Source: an uncultured Gammaproteobacteria bacterium (GTDB lineage: Bacteria; Pseudomonadota; Gammaproteobacteria; UBA9214). From it: DNA of 49,448 nucleotides. Shown in pieces: positions 29,872 through 38,668 of this stretch; position 1 is the first letter of the stretch, and each line of letters opens with the position of its first letter. The notes under the pieces were generated by a model. That model was not told the origin of the DNA. It searched no databases and saw only the letters and a list, made by a program, of their open reading frames with translations. The position numbers were made by a program, and so were the translations under genes. The stretch is from the NCBI GenBank assembly GCA_963773065.1, contig CAVYZN010000020.1:1-49448 (forward strand). The letters run 5' to 3'.

Positions 29872-31149
29872 TTACTCCGCGTAGCCGATGCCGTAGCCCC
29901 GGGAGTCGCGGGCGAAGTAGGGTATGCGTCCTCTTGGCACCACGACCACCCCGGACGGGCTCACCGTATAGCTCCTGCGATCCTGTTCCGGGTCGAAGCC
30001 GATGCGGGCGCCCTTCTCGATCAGGTTATGACGGTCGACGATGGTCCGGCGCAGGCGCGCGCCGCTGCTGATGCGCACATAGTCCATGATGATGCAGTCC
30101 TCGACCTCGGCGCCGTCTTCAACGACCGCCTCGCGGCGCACGATGGAGTTGCGCAGGCGCGCGTTCTGGATCTCCGTGGCCGCGCCCAGCAAACAGTTCT
30201 CGATCTCCCCGCGGATGACCCGGGCGACCGGCCCCTGGTAGTTGCTGGAATAGACCGGCCACTGGGGGTTGAAGAGATCGAAGCGGGGCGTGGCGCCAAG
30301 CATGTCGCGGTGGGCATCAAAGTAGGCGTCGACGGTGCCCACGTCCCGCCAGTAGGCATGCTCCTCGTAGGCCTTGAGCCCCGGGATATCGTTACTCGCG
30401 AAGTCGTAGGCGAAGACGCGGTGCGTCGTGAGCAGCCGCGGCAGCACGTGTGTACCGAAGTCGGCCTCGCCGTGCCTGTGCGCCTCGCGCACCGCCCAAA
30501 CCAGGGGGCCGGAACTGAACAGGTAGTTCCCCATGGAGGCGTAGGCCCGGTTGGGGTCACCGGGCATGGGTGTCGCGTGTTGGGGTTTCTCGTGGAAATC
30601 GCGGATGCGCCCGTCCGGGTCTGCGGTGATGATGCCAAAATTCGAGGACTGCTCCAGCGGCACGGGCAGGGTGGCCACGGTGAGGTCCGCCTCCCGCTCC
30701 AGGTGAAAGCCGATCATCTGGTTCACGTCCATGCGGTAGACGTGGTCGGCACCGAACACCAGGACCAGCTCAGGGTGCTGATTCTCGATCAGGTTGAGGT
30801 TCTGGCAGACCGCGTCCGCGGTGCCCTCGAACCAGCCTTGGCCGCTCAGCATCTGGGGAGGGACCACGGTGACGAACTGGTCCGGAAACAGGGGCGAGAT
30901 GGTCCAGGCCTTGCGAATGTGCTCGATCAGCGACTGGGACTTGTACTGCACCAACAGATAAATGGTGAAGATCCCGGAGTTGACCAGGTTGCTGAGCACG
31001 AAGTCCACGATCCGATAGCGGGACCCGAAGGGCACCGCGGGCTTGGAGCGTATGTCGGTGAGCGGCTGCAGCCGCGAGCCCTGGCCGCCAGCCATCACCA
31101 TGGCCATCACGTTGTTGGTGTATCGGATTTGACGCTTCGGTTTTGGCAT
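29872..31149 (-). CDS. glgC: Glucose-1-phosphate adenylyltransferase
   Basis: AGGQGSRL.PLT..RSKPAVPFG, QYKSQSL, GTADAV, EKP, SMGNYLF, YWRDVGT; GAGGAG RBS before MPKPKR. Confidence 0.95.
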   Translation of the reverse strand: MPKPKRQIRYTNNVMAMVMAGGQGSRLQPLTDIRSKPAVPFGSRYRIVDFVLSNLVNSGIFTIYLLVQYKSQSLIEHIRKAWTISPLFPDQFVTVVPPQMLSGQGWFEGTADAVCQNLNLIENQHPELVLVFGADHVYRMDVNQMIGFHLEREADLTVATLPVPLEQSSNFGIITADPDGRIRDFHEKPQHATPMPGDPNRAYASMGNYLFSSGPLVWAVREAHRHGEADFGTHVLPRLLTTHRVFAYDFASNDIPGLKAYEEHAYWRDVGTVDAYFDAHRDMLGATPRFDLFNPQWPVYSSNYQGPVARVIRGEIENCLLGAATEIQNARLRNSIVRREAVVEDGAEVEDCIIMDYVRISSGARLRRTIVDRHNLIEKGARIGFDPEQDRRSYTVSPSGVVVVPRGRIPYFARDSRGYGIGYAE

Positions 31150-31228
31150 AAATGTCTCCTCACATGAAACACTGCGGATCCCTAGCCGCAGCCGGTCAAT
31201 CCTTCCCCGCCCTGGCCATCCTGCTATT

Positions 31229-31243
31229 GCAGTCCGCGATCCA
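31229..31243 (-). promoter_or_regulatory. Possible sigma54 promoter of glgC-HAD
   Basis: TGGATCGCGGACTGC (GG-N10-GC) about 80 bp upstream of glgC; weaker match. Confidence 0.4.
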
Positions 31244-31870
31244 TGCCGCACCCCCCGGTGGGCAGGGCGGTCATAAGCTCGATCCCTCGTCCACCGTAGT
31301 CATAGTATTCAGGATAGACCGCGAACCGGCTTTGCGCGCAGGTCTTCACCGCCTGCGCGGCATCAGGGATTTGACGTTGGCGCTCCGTCCCCTCATCTCC
31401 CTGTCCACCGTCAATTCGAGCAGCACGCTGATTCATCCACTCTGATTCCACTAAGATCAATATCGTAGTAGGATTACGCCGCTATTCGGCAGGTGGAGTC
31501 TATCTTTAGAACAGACCGGCCTATTCTGTCTGCTGATCAGGTTGGTCAGGGCCGGCCTTTGCCCGCCACTCTGGTTCCGAGACCCAGCGATAACCCACCG
31601 ATTTTGGGTAGCGGCTAGTTGCCGTCATGCGGTTACTAAATCCAAACCTGCGTGAGGGGATTACAAGCTGCATTAAACAATGGTATAGCGCATTATATAG
31701 CCACGCCAGGAAAGGAATCCGGCGTTCAGAACCCCTGTTGTTGAGAGATATCTGGACATTCCCGTTTCACCCTGATCGAAACGCCGGGACTCATTTGGTA
31801 CCGTTTTGCCACGTCTATAATTACATTGTGTCTTTTCATTAAATTTAGCGAAAGTGAAGAAAGGTGAGAC

Positions 31871-32334
31871 ATGCCGAACATTGTTACAGTATTGAAGGAG
31901 GAAATTTCCAGACTTGCTCGCAAGGAACTTCGTAATCAGACAGAATGGATGAAGAAGGCGTCGGCGCAATACCGGCGAGATATTGCTGCCTTGAAACGGC
32001 AGGTGGCGATGCTTCAGCGGCAGGTTTCCCATGGCGGTAAGCATGTTCCCGGGATGACCGCGGCTCAACCCGGCGACGAGACCGCAACGCGGGTGCGAAT
32101 CACGGCGAAGGGGCTACGTTCGCAGCGGATACGCCTGGGGCTCTCGGCGGGCGATTTCGCCAGACTCGTGGGAGTGAGTCCCAAGTCAGTTTATAAGTGG
32201 GAGCTGGGAACGGCGCGCCCTCGCAAGGGTCACCTCTCGGTACTCGCTTCCTTCGTGGGATCGGCAAGAAGGAAGCTCGAACCCGTCTGGCGCAACTCGA
32301 CGAGCAGCAAACCAAGCGGACGCGCAAGTCCTGA
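31871..32334 (+). pseudogene. XRE-family HTH regulator with a coiled N-terminus; frameshift near 32255
   Basis: MPNI..VLKEEI.RLARKE; R.RLGLSA.DFA.LVGVS..SVY.WE.G..RPR; likely true tail GIGKKEARTRL...KS* in a shifted frame. Confidence 0.75.
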
Positions 32335-32343
32335 GCCGTGCAA

Positions 32344-32427
32344 TGTTGCCGCCTCGACGATGGTCTCGGCATGCTGGGTGTCATTCTTGACGGATTTGAC
32401 GCTCGGTTTGACGAACTGTGCCAGAGG
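32344..32427 (-). mobile_element. Very short IS110-family transposase remnant
   Basis: PLAQFVKPSVKSVKNDTQHAETIVEAA resembles IS110 PxQFVKPYVKxNKNDxxDAEAIxEA. Confidence 0.6.
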
Positions 32428-32559
32428 AAGTGCAACAAGCCCTCACTACCAGAACCCATACGGATTAAAACGCCCGTGCAAAGGACGAAGGGACGTGGCC
32501 GAACCTTTTCGACGCCCGCACCGGGATGCCGAGTGGAACAGCCCGGAAGATCCGATGAC

Positions 32560-33579
32560 TCAAAGTTTTTCCAGGAACTCCTCGGGCATGTCGACCGCCA
32601 GTTGCAAGGCGCCATCCGCGCCGGCATACAGGGGGTCCTGAATGCAGGTGAATTTGCAGGGCTCGAATTGCTTCATGGCGTCAGTTAGGTAGGTATCCAG
32701 GTTGGTGAGCTGACTGCCGCCTCCGGCGAGGATAATATTGTTGCGCACGCTTTCCTGGAATTCCGGGTCGAAGCTGGCGATGAGATCAATGACGGTCTCG
32801 ATGATCGCGGGCATGGGGCTCTCGCAGGCTTTGCGCATTTCCTCGGTGATATCGAACTGGGTGAACTTGCCGTCCACCGGCGCTTCGACTTTTACCCGCC
32901 GCTTCGACTCGCCCACGAAGCCGTGTTTCTCCTTGAACTTGCGCACCATGTTCAGGGTGAAGTCGGCCTCGGGGTGCTTCTCGGTGAGCAGCCTCAGAAG
33001 TTGCTCGTCAACATAGTCACCCGCCGTGAGGAGGCTGCGCTGGTCCCCTTCCAGAGGCACCGTGCCGTGCATGATGCAGAAATCCACGGTGCCCGCGCCG
33101 ATGTCGATGATCATCGTGTTGTCCAGGGTTCCCAGACCATAGGCCACCGAGAAGGGTTCGGAGACCACCATCAGCTTCTTCGCATGGTCGGATACGGCGT
33201 TCCTGATGGCCAGCTTGTTTACCTTGAGCGCTTCGGCCGGTACGCCAACCGCGACGCAGATTTCGTCCCCCGGACCGGCTTCGGCCATCGCGATCAGGTG
33301 GCCGATCAACTCGCGCACCGCGGCCTCGTCCCGCTCGGTGCCCTCTTTGATGACACCGTTCTGCAGCGGCCGGGATAGCGTCAGGGACAGTCGGTGCTCC
33401 AGGGCCTCGCCGCCGAACAGCGCACGTTTGCCAAGCATCTTCTTGGCGACGAAATCCTTGGGCCACCCGACGTAGCTCTCTACCCATTTCCGGTTGCCGT
33501 TGCTGGCGGAGACCACCGACCTGGAGGTGCCGAGATCGATCCCCACGTAAAGCATGTTATCTTTCTTGCTTGACGACAT
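32560..33579 (-). CDS. mamK: MamK-like bacterial actin
   Basis: Actin-fold motifs GIDLGTS, DIGAGT, AGGGS; MamK-type segments S.VG.PKD....K.LG, PLQ.GV, EIC...GVPA.A...NK, VVSEPF.V.YGL..L.NT.I.DIGAGT.D.C...GTVP...DQ..L..AG.Y.DE.L, DP...G..GAL.LA...P; lacks MreB hallmarks such as GTANT and EPMAAAIGAG. Confidence 0.85.
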   Translation of the reverse strand: MSSSKKDNMLYVGIDLGTSRSVVSASNGNRKWVESYVGWPKDFVAKKMLGKRALFGGEALEHRLSLTLSRPLQNGVIKEGTERDEAAVRELIGHLIAMAEAGPGDEICVAVGVPAEALKVNKLAIRNAVSDHAKKLMVVSEPFSVAYGLGTLDNTMIIDIGAGTVDFCIMHGTVPLEGDQRSLLTAGDYVDEQLLRLLTEKHPEADFTLNMVRKFKEKHGFVGESKRRVKVEAPVDGKFTQFDITEEMRKACESPMPAIIETVIDLIASFDPEFQESVRNNIILAGGGSQLTNLDTYLTDAMKQFEPCKFTCIQDPLYAGADGALQLAVDMPEEFLEKL

Positions 33580-34717
33580 GTTGTATTTTTCCTCTTGCTA
33601 TCGTTCTCTGGGATGCGCGTCGTTCAAGGTATTCGACGATCCCTGTTTCCAGAAAGCCTGCGACACTGTCCCGGTAACCGGGTGTACCCAACCGGTTTTC
33701 CTCCTCCTTGTTGCTGATGCAGGAAACCTCGACCAGCACGCTCGGCACTTCCGCGTCCAACAATACCATAAACGGCCCGGTCTTGGCCCCGGCATCCACG
33801 AGGTCGGCGTTGAGTCGCTTCAGATTAGCATAGAGGTGCTTGTGTATGGAGATGGCCAGCGCCTTCGATTCCTCGGTCTTCAGGGTGTCGCCGATCCTTG
33901 TGATGATCTTGTGGAAGTCTCCCATGACGTAATCGGAGTCGCGGTTTTCCTTCGCCGCCAGATCTAGGGATTGTTGATCCGTGTAGGGCCCGAAGTAATA
34001 GGTCTCGAGGTAATTCACGGCCTTGACCGGCAGTGAGTTCACGTGGATGGAGACGAACAGGTCCGCATGGTTTTCCTTGGCGAACGCCACCCGCTCCTTC
34101 AGGTAGACCTTCCTGTCCTCCTCGCGTGTGAGCAGGACACGGTAATTCCCGGACTTGGTGAGATTGTCGCGCAGGCGCCTGGCGATATCCAGGGCGACAT
34201 CCTTCTCTTTGAGCCCCTGATGTCCGGTGGCACCCGGGTCGATACCGCCATGTCCCGGGTCGATGACGATGGTCTGCACCTTGAGGTCGAAAAGGTCGGC
34301 CATGGGCAAACCGAGCTGGTTAAGCATAGCCTCGTACTGCTCGGCGGTGTCAGCGGTGGTCCCGAAGCTCGCCGGCGCTTCCACGTTCCGTATGAGATTG
34401 ACCCCGGGGTTCGATCCTGCGAGTGTGTCGGCAACGATGGACCGCGCGGTTTGTTCTCCCGTGACCTGCATGGCGACCGGGCCGGAACTGTCCACCGAGA
34501 CGAGCCGGAAATTGATGCCGAGCAGAGCGGCGAGGCCGAGCAGCGTGACGATGACACTCTTGCCCCGATGTCCGAATCTTTTCAGGGAAAGTGGTGTAAG
34601 CGGCGGTGCGGGCACGGGCCGCGACCGTCCCGTGCCCGCGGAGGTACGAGGGATGCCCAGGTTGTCCTCGAAGACACCTCGAAGCACGGCCAGCTTGATA
34701 TCCGGATGACCGTTCAT
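33557..34717 (-). CDS. N-acetylmuramoyl-L-alanine amidase (Amidase_3) with an N-terminal TM anchor
   Basis: IDPGHGG.DPGA, KEKD..L, LTR..D, L.ER, ADLFVSIH.NS, SVLVEV..ISN..E; TM VIVTLLGLAALLGI; overlaps the mamK-like start by 23 bp. Confidence 0.92.
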   Translation of the reverse strand: MNGHPDIKLAVLRGVFEDNLGIPRTSAGTGRSRPVPAPPLTPLSLKRFGHRGKSVIVTLLGLAALLGINFRLVSVDSSGPVAMQVTGEQTARSIVADTLAGSNPGVNLIRNVEAPASFGTTADTAEQYEAMLNQLGLPMADLFDLKVQTIVIDPGHGGIDPGATGHQGLKEKDVALDIARRLRDNLTKSGNYRVLLTREEDRKVYLKERVAFAKENHADLFVSIHVNSLPVKAVNYLETYYFGPYTDQQSLDLAAKENRDSDYVMGDFHKIITRIGDTLKTEESKALAISIHKHLYANLKRLNADLVDAGAKTGPFMVLLDAEVPSVLVEVSCISNKEEENRLGTPGYRDSVAGFLETGIVEYLERRASQRTIARGKIQHVVKQER

Positions 34718-34874
34718 GGACCTTAGGCAGAGGCGCGCGGGGTGCGCGTCAACGGCTCGGTGGGGGGTGCTGCGTTTATCGAGGTGTTGTCTTGCCTGAT
34801 CAAAACGGCGTACATCGGGTTCAGTTCCATAGCTGCAACTATCTTAGTCGAATTGCGCGCACCGGTACACGATC

Positions 34875-35029
34875 GCAGTGGCCTACCGCTACCCGGGGAA
34901 GCCAAGGGCAGGAGGGTGCGGGCGGGACTCGCCGTAAATCCGTCCCTGGAGTCTCGCCGGCCGCATCCCTGCGGCCGATGGTCCCGCCCGTCCCCTCCTG
35001 CCCTTGGCCCATTAGTAGTAGGGCATTGC
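34875..35029. repeat. Long palindromic REP/MITE-like element
   Basis: Arms GCCAAGGGCAGGAGGG..CGGGCGGGAC (34901-34928) and GTCCCGCCCG..CCCTCCTGCCCTTGGC (34981-35008); inner GGCCGCA-TCCC-TGCGGCC hairpin; outer imperfect 12-bp inverted repeat. Confidence 0.7.
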
Positions 35030-35178
35030 TACTGATGGCCTTAGTGATCGGCAATCCGGAATCCGGGACTGCACGAACGGCTGGCACATACCGCATCCGG
35101 CATCTATACTGGAAGTTCGTTCCAAAGTCCTGCTATAACAAAAACATGGCAGGAAATGTTGCAAGATCATAATAAAAG

Positions 35179-36036
35179 GTGGATCGATTGAGCACCCTCA
35201 TACAGCACTGGCAAAAAGTCATTGCTACCATAAGACTATCATTGAAACCGCGAGCGCTTCTTTCGCCGAATCTGGAGGAACTCCAACGCGACATCCTGTC
35301 TCTCACCAGGGAGTATCACACCTTGGCAGGGGAGCTGGAACGGTTCCGCGCTGATTGCGAGCGTGTCAAGTCTGAAGAAAATCGAAAGATCGAGGCCCTG
35401 ACACAGCTTTGCCAGGAGGCGGATACCGCCAGGGGAGCGGATGCGGAAAGGCTGGCGGAGCTGCAACGGCGGTTCACGGAGACCGAATCCGCTCGCGAAC
35501 AGGCGCGTGATCAGCTCAGGGCGATCGAGACCTCCCTGGCTGAATCATCTGATCGGCTGGAAAAACGGAACAATCAGCTCAGGTTTTTGCAGAACTCGAC
35601 GAGCGAACAGATCAAGGCGCTCGAGACTTCCTTGGCCGAGGCATCAAGCCGACTGGAAACAAGAGACAACCAACTCAGCGACTTGCAGGACGCGACGAGC
35701 GAATGGATCAGGGCGATCGAGACCTCCTTGGCTGAAATGTCAATGCGGCTGCAAACAAGCGAGAACCAGTTCAAGGGCCTGCAGGTCAGGATAGCGGAAC
35801 AGGCAAAGCAGCTTGATACCCACTTCTCATACACCGCCTCTCAGGTGGAAGCATCGGATAACCAGCTCAAGGCATTGGAAAAGAAGCTCGAGGTTGAACA
35901 CAAGCTGACGTTGAACATGTTCCAGGAAACACAGAGTAAATTGCACAAACTTCGTCGGCGGTTGATCTGGATAATGGTGGCCGCTGCATTTGCGTTCGTG
36001 TTAGTGGCAGGTGCGCTGCTCATCCGGGATGTATAG
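35179..36036 (+). CDS. Coiled-coil protein with 32-aa tandem repeats and a C-terminal TM anchor
   Basis: 96-bp periodic DNA (35517, 35613, 35709) encoding xxAIETSLAExSxRLxxxxNQLxxLQ; tail RRRLIWIMVAAAFAFVLVAGALLI. Confidence 0.8.
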   Translation: MDRLSTLIQHWQKVIATIRLSLKPRALLSPNLEELQRDILSLTREYHTLAGELERFRADCERVKSEENRKIEALTQLCQEADTARGADAERLAELQRRFTETESAREQARDQLRAIETSLAESSDRLEKRNNQLRFLQNSTSEQIKALETSLAEASSRLETRDNQLSDLQDATSEWIRAIETSLAEMSMRLQTSENQFKGLQVRIAEQAKQLDTHFSYTASQVEASDNQLKALEKKLEVEHKLTLNMFQETQSKLHKLRRRLIWIMVAAAFAFVLVAGALLIRDV

Positions 36037-36717
36037 AGGAGTACCAGCAGCTTGCGTTGTTCGTGCGTGAGCGCCGCCGATTAATGCAGGATCAATGGTT
36101 CAGTGTCGATTGGTCCTATGGGTGTTTGGTAATGATCGGTTTAGGCAACAGGTTGAAGCTATGATTGGCCATCAGGTACACCACGACGTCGGCCTGGACT
36201 GTGGCGTCACCTTGGTTTCCCGGGGCGCGTGCGCGAGACATGCTGACGTCTCGCACGGCAGGCTTACACCTGTTGCCTCTTAAGAATTTCCCTGATGTAC
36301 ACGGAGAACTCCGCTACATCAAACGAGATATCATCCTCGCGCCGATCCGGCATATGCCGACGCTCGGACGTTACCACGCCCCCCGTTATGTCGTTTAAAG
36401 GAAAGAATGACACTGGGCGGTAGCGCCGGCGTTGCCCCTTTCTTCTTGTCTGTAGAATCTCTTCTTGCATAGGGTAGTAATGTAGCCGATGACTATGGAA
36501 AATCCAGCATTATGTGTAGTGTCATGCAGTTTCAACAGCCTGCGGCCTGTTGATGCATCTAGCCCGAGATTTAATTGTCAACTTAATGATTATCATACTG
36601 TGGCCTCATGAGGCAAGCCCGTGCTGATAGACCAGCAACCTGACGGGTCTTAGTAACCAGACAACATGATGCCCATCGCACCGGTCCGCCGGCGCTTCGC
36701 CCGGCCGTGACGGACCT

Positions 36718-36900
36718 TCAATCGCCATACCGCTTCATGGCGAGATCCAAGGCAAGTGCGACACCGGTGTAGATGGCGAGAAAAAGCAGGAATCGCGAGG
36801 GAAAGAAATCGAGCCACGACAAGAAAGGCAGCGCGAGATACGCGACTATCGCCGCTATCAACCCCGGGAGTAACCGTATCGCTTTAATAAACGTATTCAA
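36718..36900 (-). CDS. Small two-TM hypothetical protein
   Basis: 60 aa, two hydrophobic stretches ending D.AMKRYG; TTG start. Confidence 0.5.
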   Translation of the reverse strand: MNTFIKAIRLLPGLIAAIVAYLALPFLSWLDFFPSRFLLFLAIYTGVALALDLAMKRYGD

Positions 36901-37035
36901 TATGGCCTGTGAAGTGGATGATTAACACCCATTGATGTCCTAATTTTAGGGAAAAATGTGCTCTGACACGATCTATTTTGACTATAGTTTCAGTATCCAA
37001 TCGTTTTTTCCGGCACGGGGTGCGGGAGGTGCATC

Positions 37036-37518
37036 ATGGCTATTGCAAATACGGTGCGGAAGTGTCTCGAAGATGTGGATATCGAATATGACGTAATGGC
37101 GCATCCCTACACCAAATCCAGTTGCGACACGGCGAGAACGGCCAGGGTGCCCGGTGACCAGATCGCCAAGTCGGTGATCCTGGAAGACGAACAGGGTTAC
37201 CTCATGGCCGTGGTGCCCGCGACCCATCATATCCAGTTGGGGCAACTCAGCCAGCAACTCGGTCGCCATCTGGGTCTGGCCACGGAACAGGAACTGCAGA
37301 TGCTGTTTACCGATTGCGAGTTGGGAGCCATTCCACCGCTGGGAGATGCCTACCACATGGAAGTCATCATGGATGACAGCCTGGCAACGTGCCCCGACAT
37401 CTATTTCGAAGGCGGTGACCACACCGACCTGATCCATGTGCGGCACGATGACTTTAGAAAACTTATGCAGCATGCGCGGCATGGCATGTTCAGCCGGCAG
37501 GTGCCATCATTCGGGTGA
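37036..37518 (+). CDS. YbaK/EbsC (aminoacyl-tRNA deacylase-like) protein
   Basis: IAKSVIL.D, LATE.EL..LF.DCELGAIPP.G, YFEGGDH; GGAGG RBS. Confidence 0.9.
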   Translation: MAIANTVRKCLEDVDIEYDVMAHPYTKSSCDTARTARVPGDQIAKSVILEDEQGYLMAVVPATHHIQLGQLSQQLGRHLGLATEQELQMLFTDCELGAIPPLGDAYHMEVIMDDSLATCPDIYFEGGDHTDLIHVRHDDFRKLMQHARHGMFSRQVPSFG

Positions 37519-37715
37519 TGTTCAAGGCGGCGTAGGAGTGAACTGGCGGGGGAAAGTCTGATTCATTCATGGCTAACTGCGAAGGACGCCAAGAGACTCG
37601 AATGTAAAAGATCTTGGCGTTCACTGCGTTCTGGGCGATAGACTGATTTTTAGGGCTGGGCGTGAAACGCCGGTTTAAAGGTGCAGGAATAAAGTCAACA
37701 CTTTGCGGGGACGCG

Positions 37716-37946
37716 ATGACCGAAACCATGGACCCGATCATCCTCAATGTGCTGTACGCCGCCTCGGGGGGAGGGCTGACGCTTCTGTTCATGTGGCTTG
37801 GGTGCAAGATGTTCAACCGCGCGGTGTCCTTCAACATCAGCGACGAGCTGGGCAAGGGCAATATCGCCGTCGGCCTGATGGTGATGGGTCTGCTGATCGG
37901 TATCGGCATTGCCGTCGGCCTCACGGTCGGACTGGGTTTGAACTGA
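37716..37946 (+). CDS. DUF350 family small membrane protein
   Basis: F.ISDEL.KGNIAVG motif between two TM helices. Confidence 0.8.
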   Translation: MTETMDPIILNVLYAASGGGLTLLFMWLGCKMFNRAVSFNISDELGKGNIAVGLMVMGLLIGIGIAVGLTVGLGLN

Positions 37947-38557
37947 TGCGCAAGGCGGGGTGGCTCGCGCTGACCGCACTCACCGCCGTCATGGTATGGC
38001 GATTGCTGCTCGCCGCCGGGATGCATGCCGTCGATTCACCCGACTGGACGGATAACTACGACGCTTATTTCCGCAAGTACGCGAAGCATTATTTCGGGCC
38101 GAACCTCGACTGGCGCTGGTTCAAGGCCCAGGCCATCGTCGAATCCGGTCTGCGCAGCAAGGCAAGGAGCAAATCCGGGGCCGTGGGCGTCATGCAGATC
38201 GTACCCTCGACCTTCAGGGAGATACAAAAAGACAATCCCCACTTCACCGATATCGCGAGCCCGCGCTGGAACATCGCCGCCGGCATCTACTACGATCGCC
38301 AATTGTACCGGCGCTGGCAGGACATCGCCTACGATGCCGACCTGCTCTATTTTGCCTTCGCGAGCTACAACACCGGCCATGAGCGTATTTCCAGCGCCGC
38401 GGACAAGGTTGGCAAAACGCCGGCGCGCTGGAAGCACGTAGGGCCATATACACCGAAACAGACACGCGACTACGTGAATCGAATCCGCGTGCTCATGGAG
38501 AAACCAGCGGTGCAGCTTCCGTCGGCGGAACTTGTGGAACAGGACTCCGATGTCTGA
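37946..38557 (+). CDS. Lytic transglycosylase (SLT domain, MltF-like)
   Basis: AQAIVESG...A.S..GA.GVMQI.P.T, NI.AG..Y, ASYNTG, QTRDYV.RI; TGATG coupling to DUF350. Confidence 0.9.
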   Translation: MRKAGWLALTALTAVMVWRLLLAAGMHAVDSPDWTDNYDAYFRKYAKHYFGPNLDWRWFKAQAIVESGLRSKARSKSGAVGVMQIVPSTFREIQKDNPHFTDIASPRWNIAAGIYYDRQLYRRWQDIAYDADLLYFAFASYNTGHERISSAADKVGKTPARWKHVGPYTPKQTRDYVNRIRVLMEKPAVQLPSAELVEQDSDV

Positions 38558-38668
38558 ATCCCGCGGGGGTCCGCCCTAGCGATTCGAGTGTCCCAGGTCC
38601 TTCTCCGGCGCGACGCGATCGCGCACCAGTTGCCGGCGTTTTTGAAACCTTTCGTTCGGGAGGTCACT

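Noticed and set aside
30028-31167. Long opposite-strand ORFs over glgC (similar ones over hrpB, metA, the ATPase and the beta-propeller gene)
   Set aside because: Antisense shadows expected in GC-rich coding DNA
32560-33579. Evidence of magnetotaxis or a magnetosome island
   Set aside because: No other mam/mms genes are visible in the window; a MamK-like actin alone is insufficient
15767-33579. Functional link between the encapsulin and the MamK-like actin (positioning iron compartments)
   Set aside because: They lie about 16 kb apart, separated by ISs and unrelated genes; nothing in the sequence links them
35517-35800. CRISPR-like periodic repeats
   Set aside because: 96-bp in-frame degenerate coding repeats without unique spacers; no cas genes. 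No CRISPR array, tRNA or rRNA was seen anywhere in the window
36581-36596. Fur-box-like TAATGATTATCA
   Set aside because: Partial match only, with no clear gene start nearby
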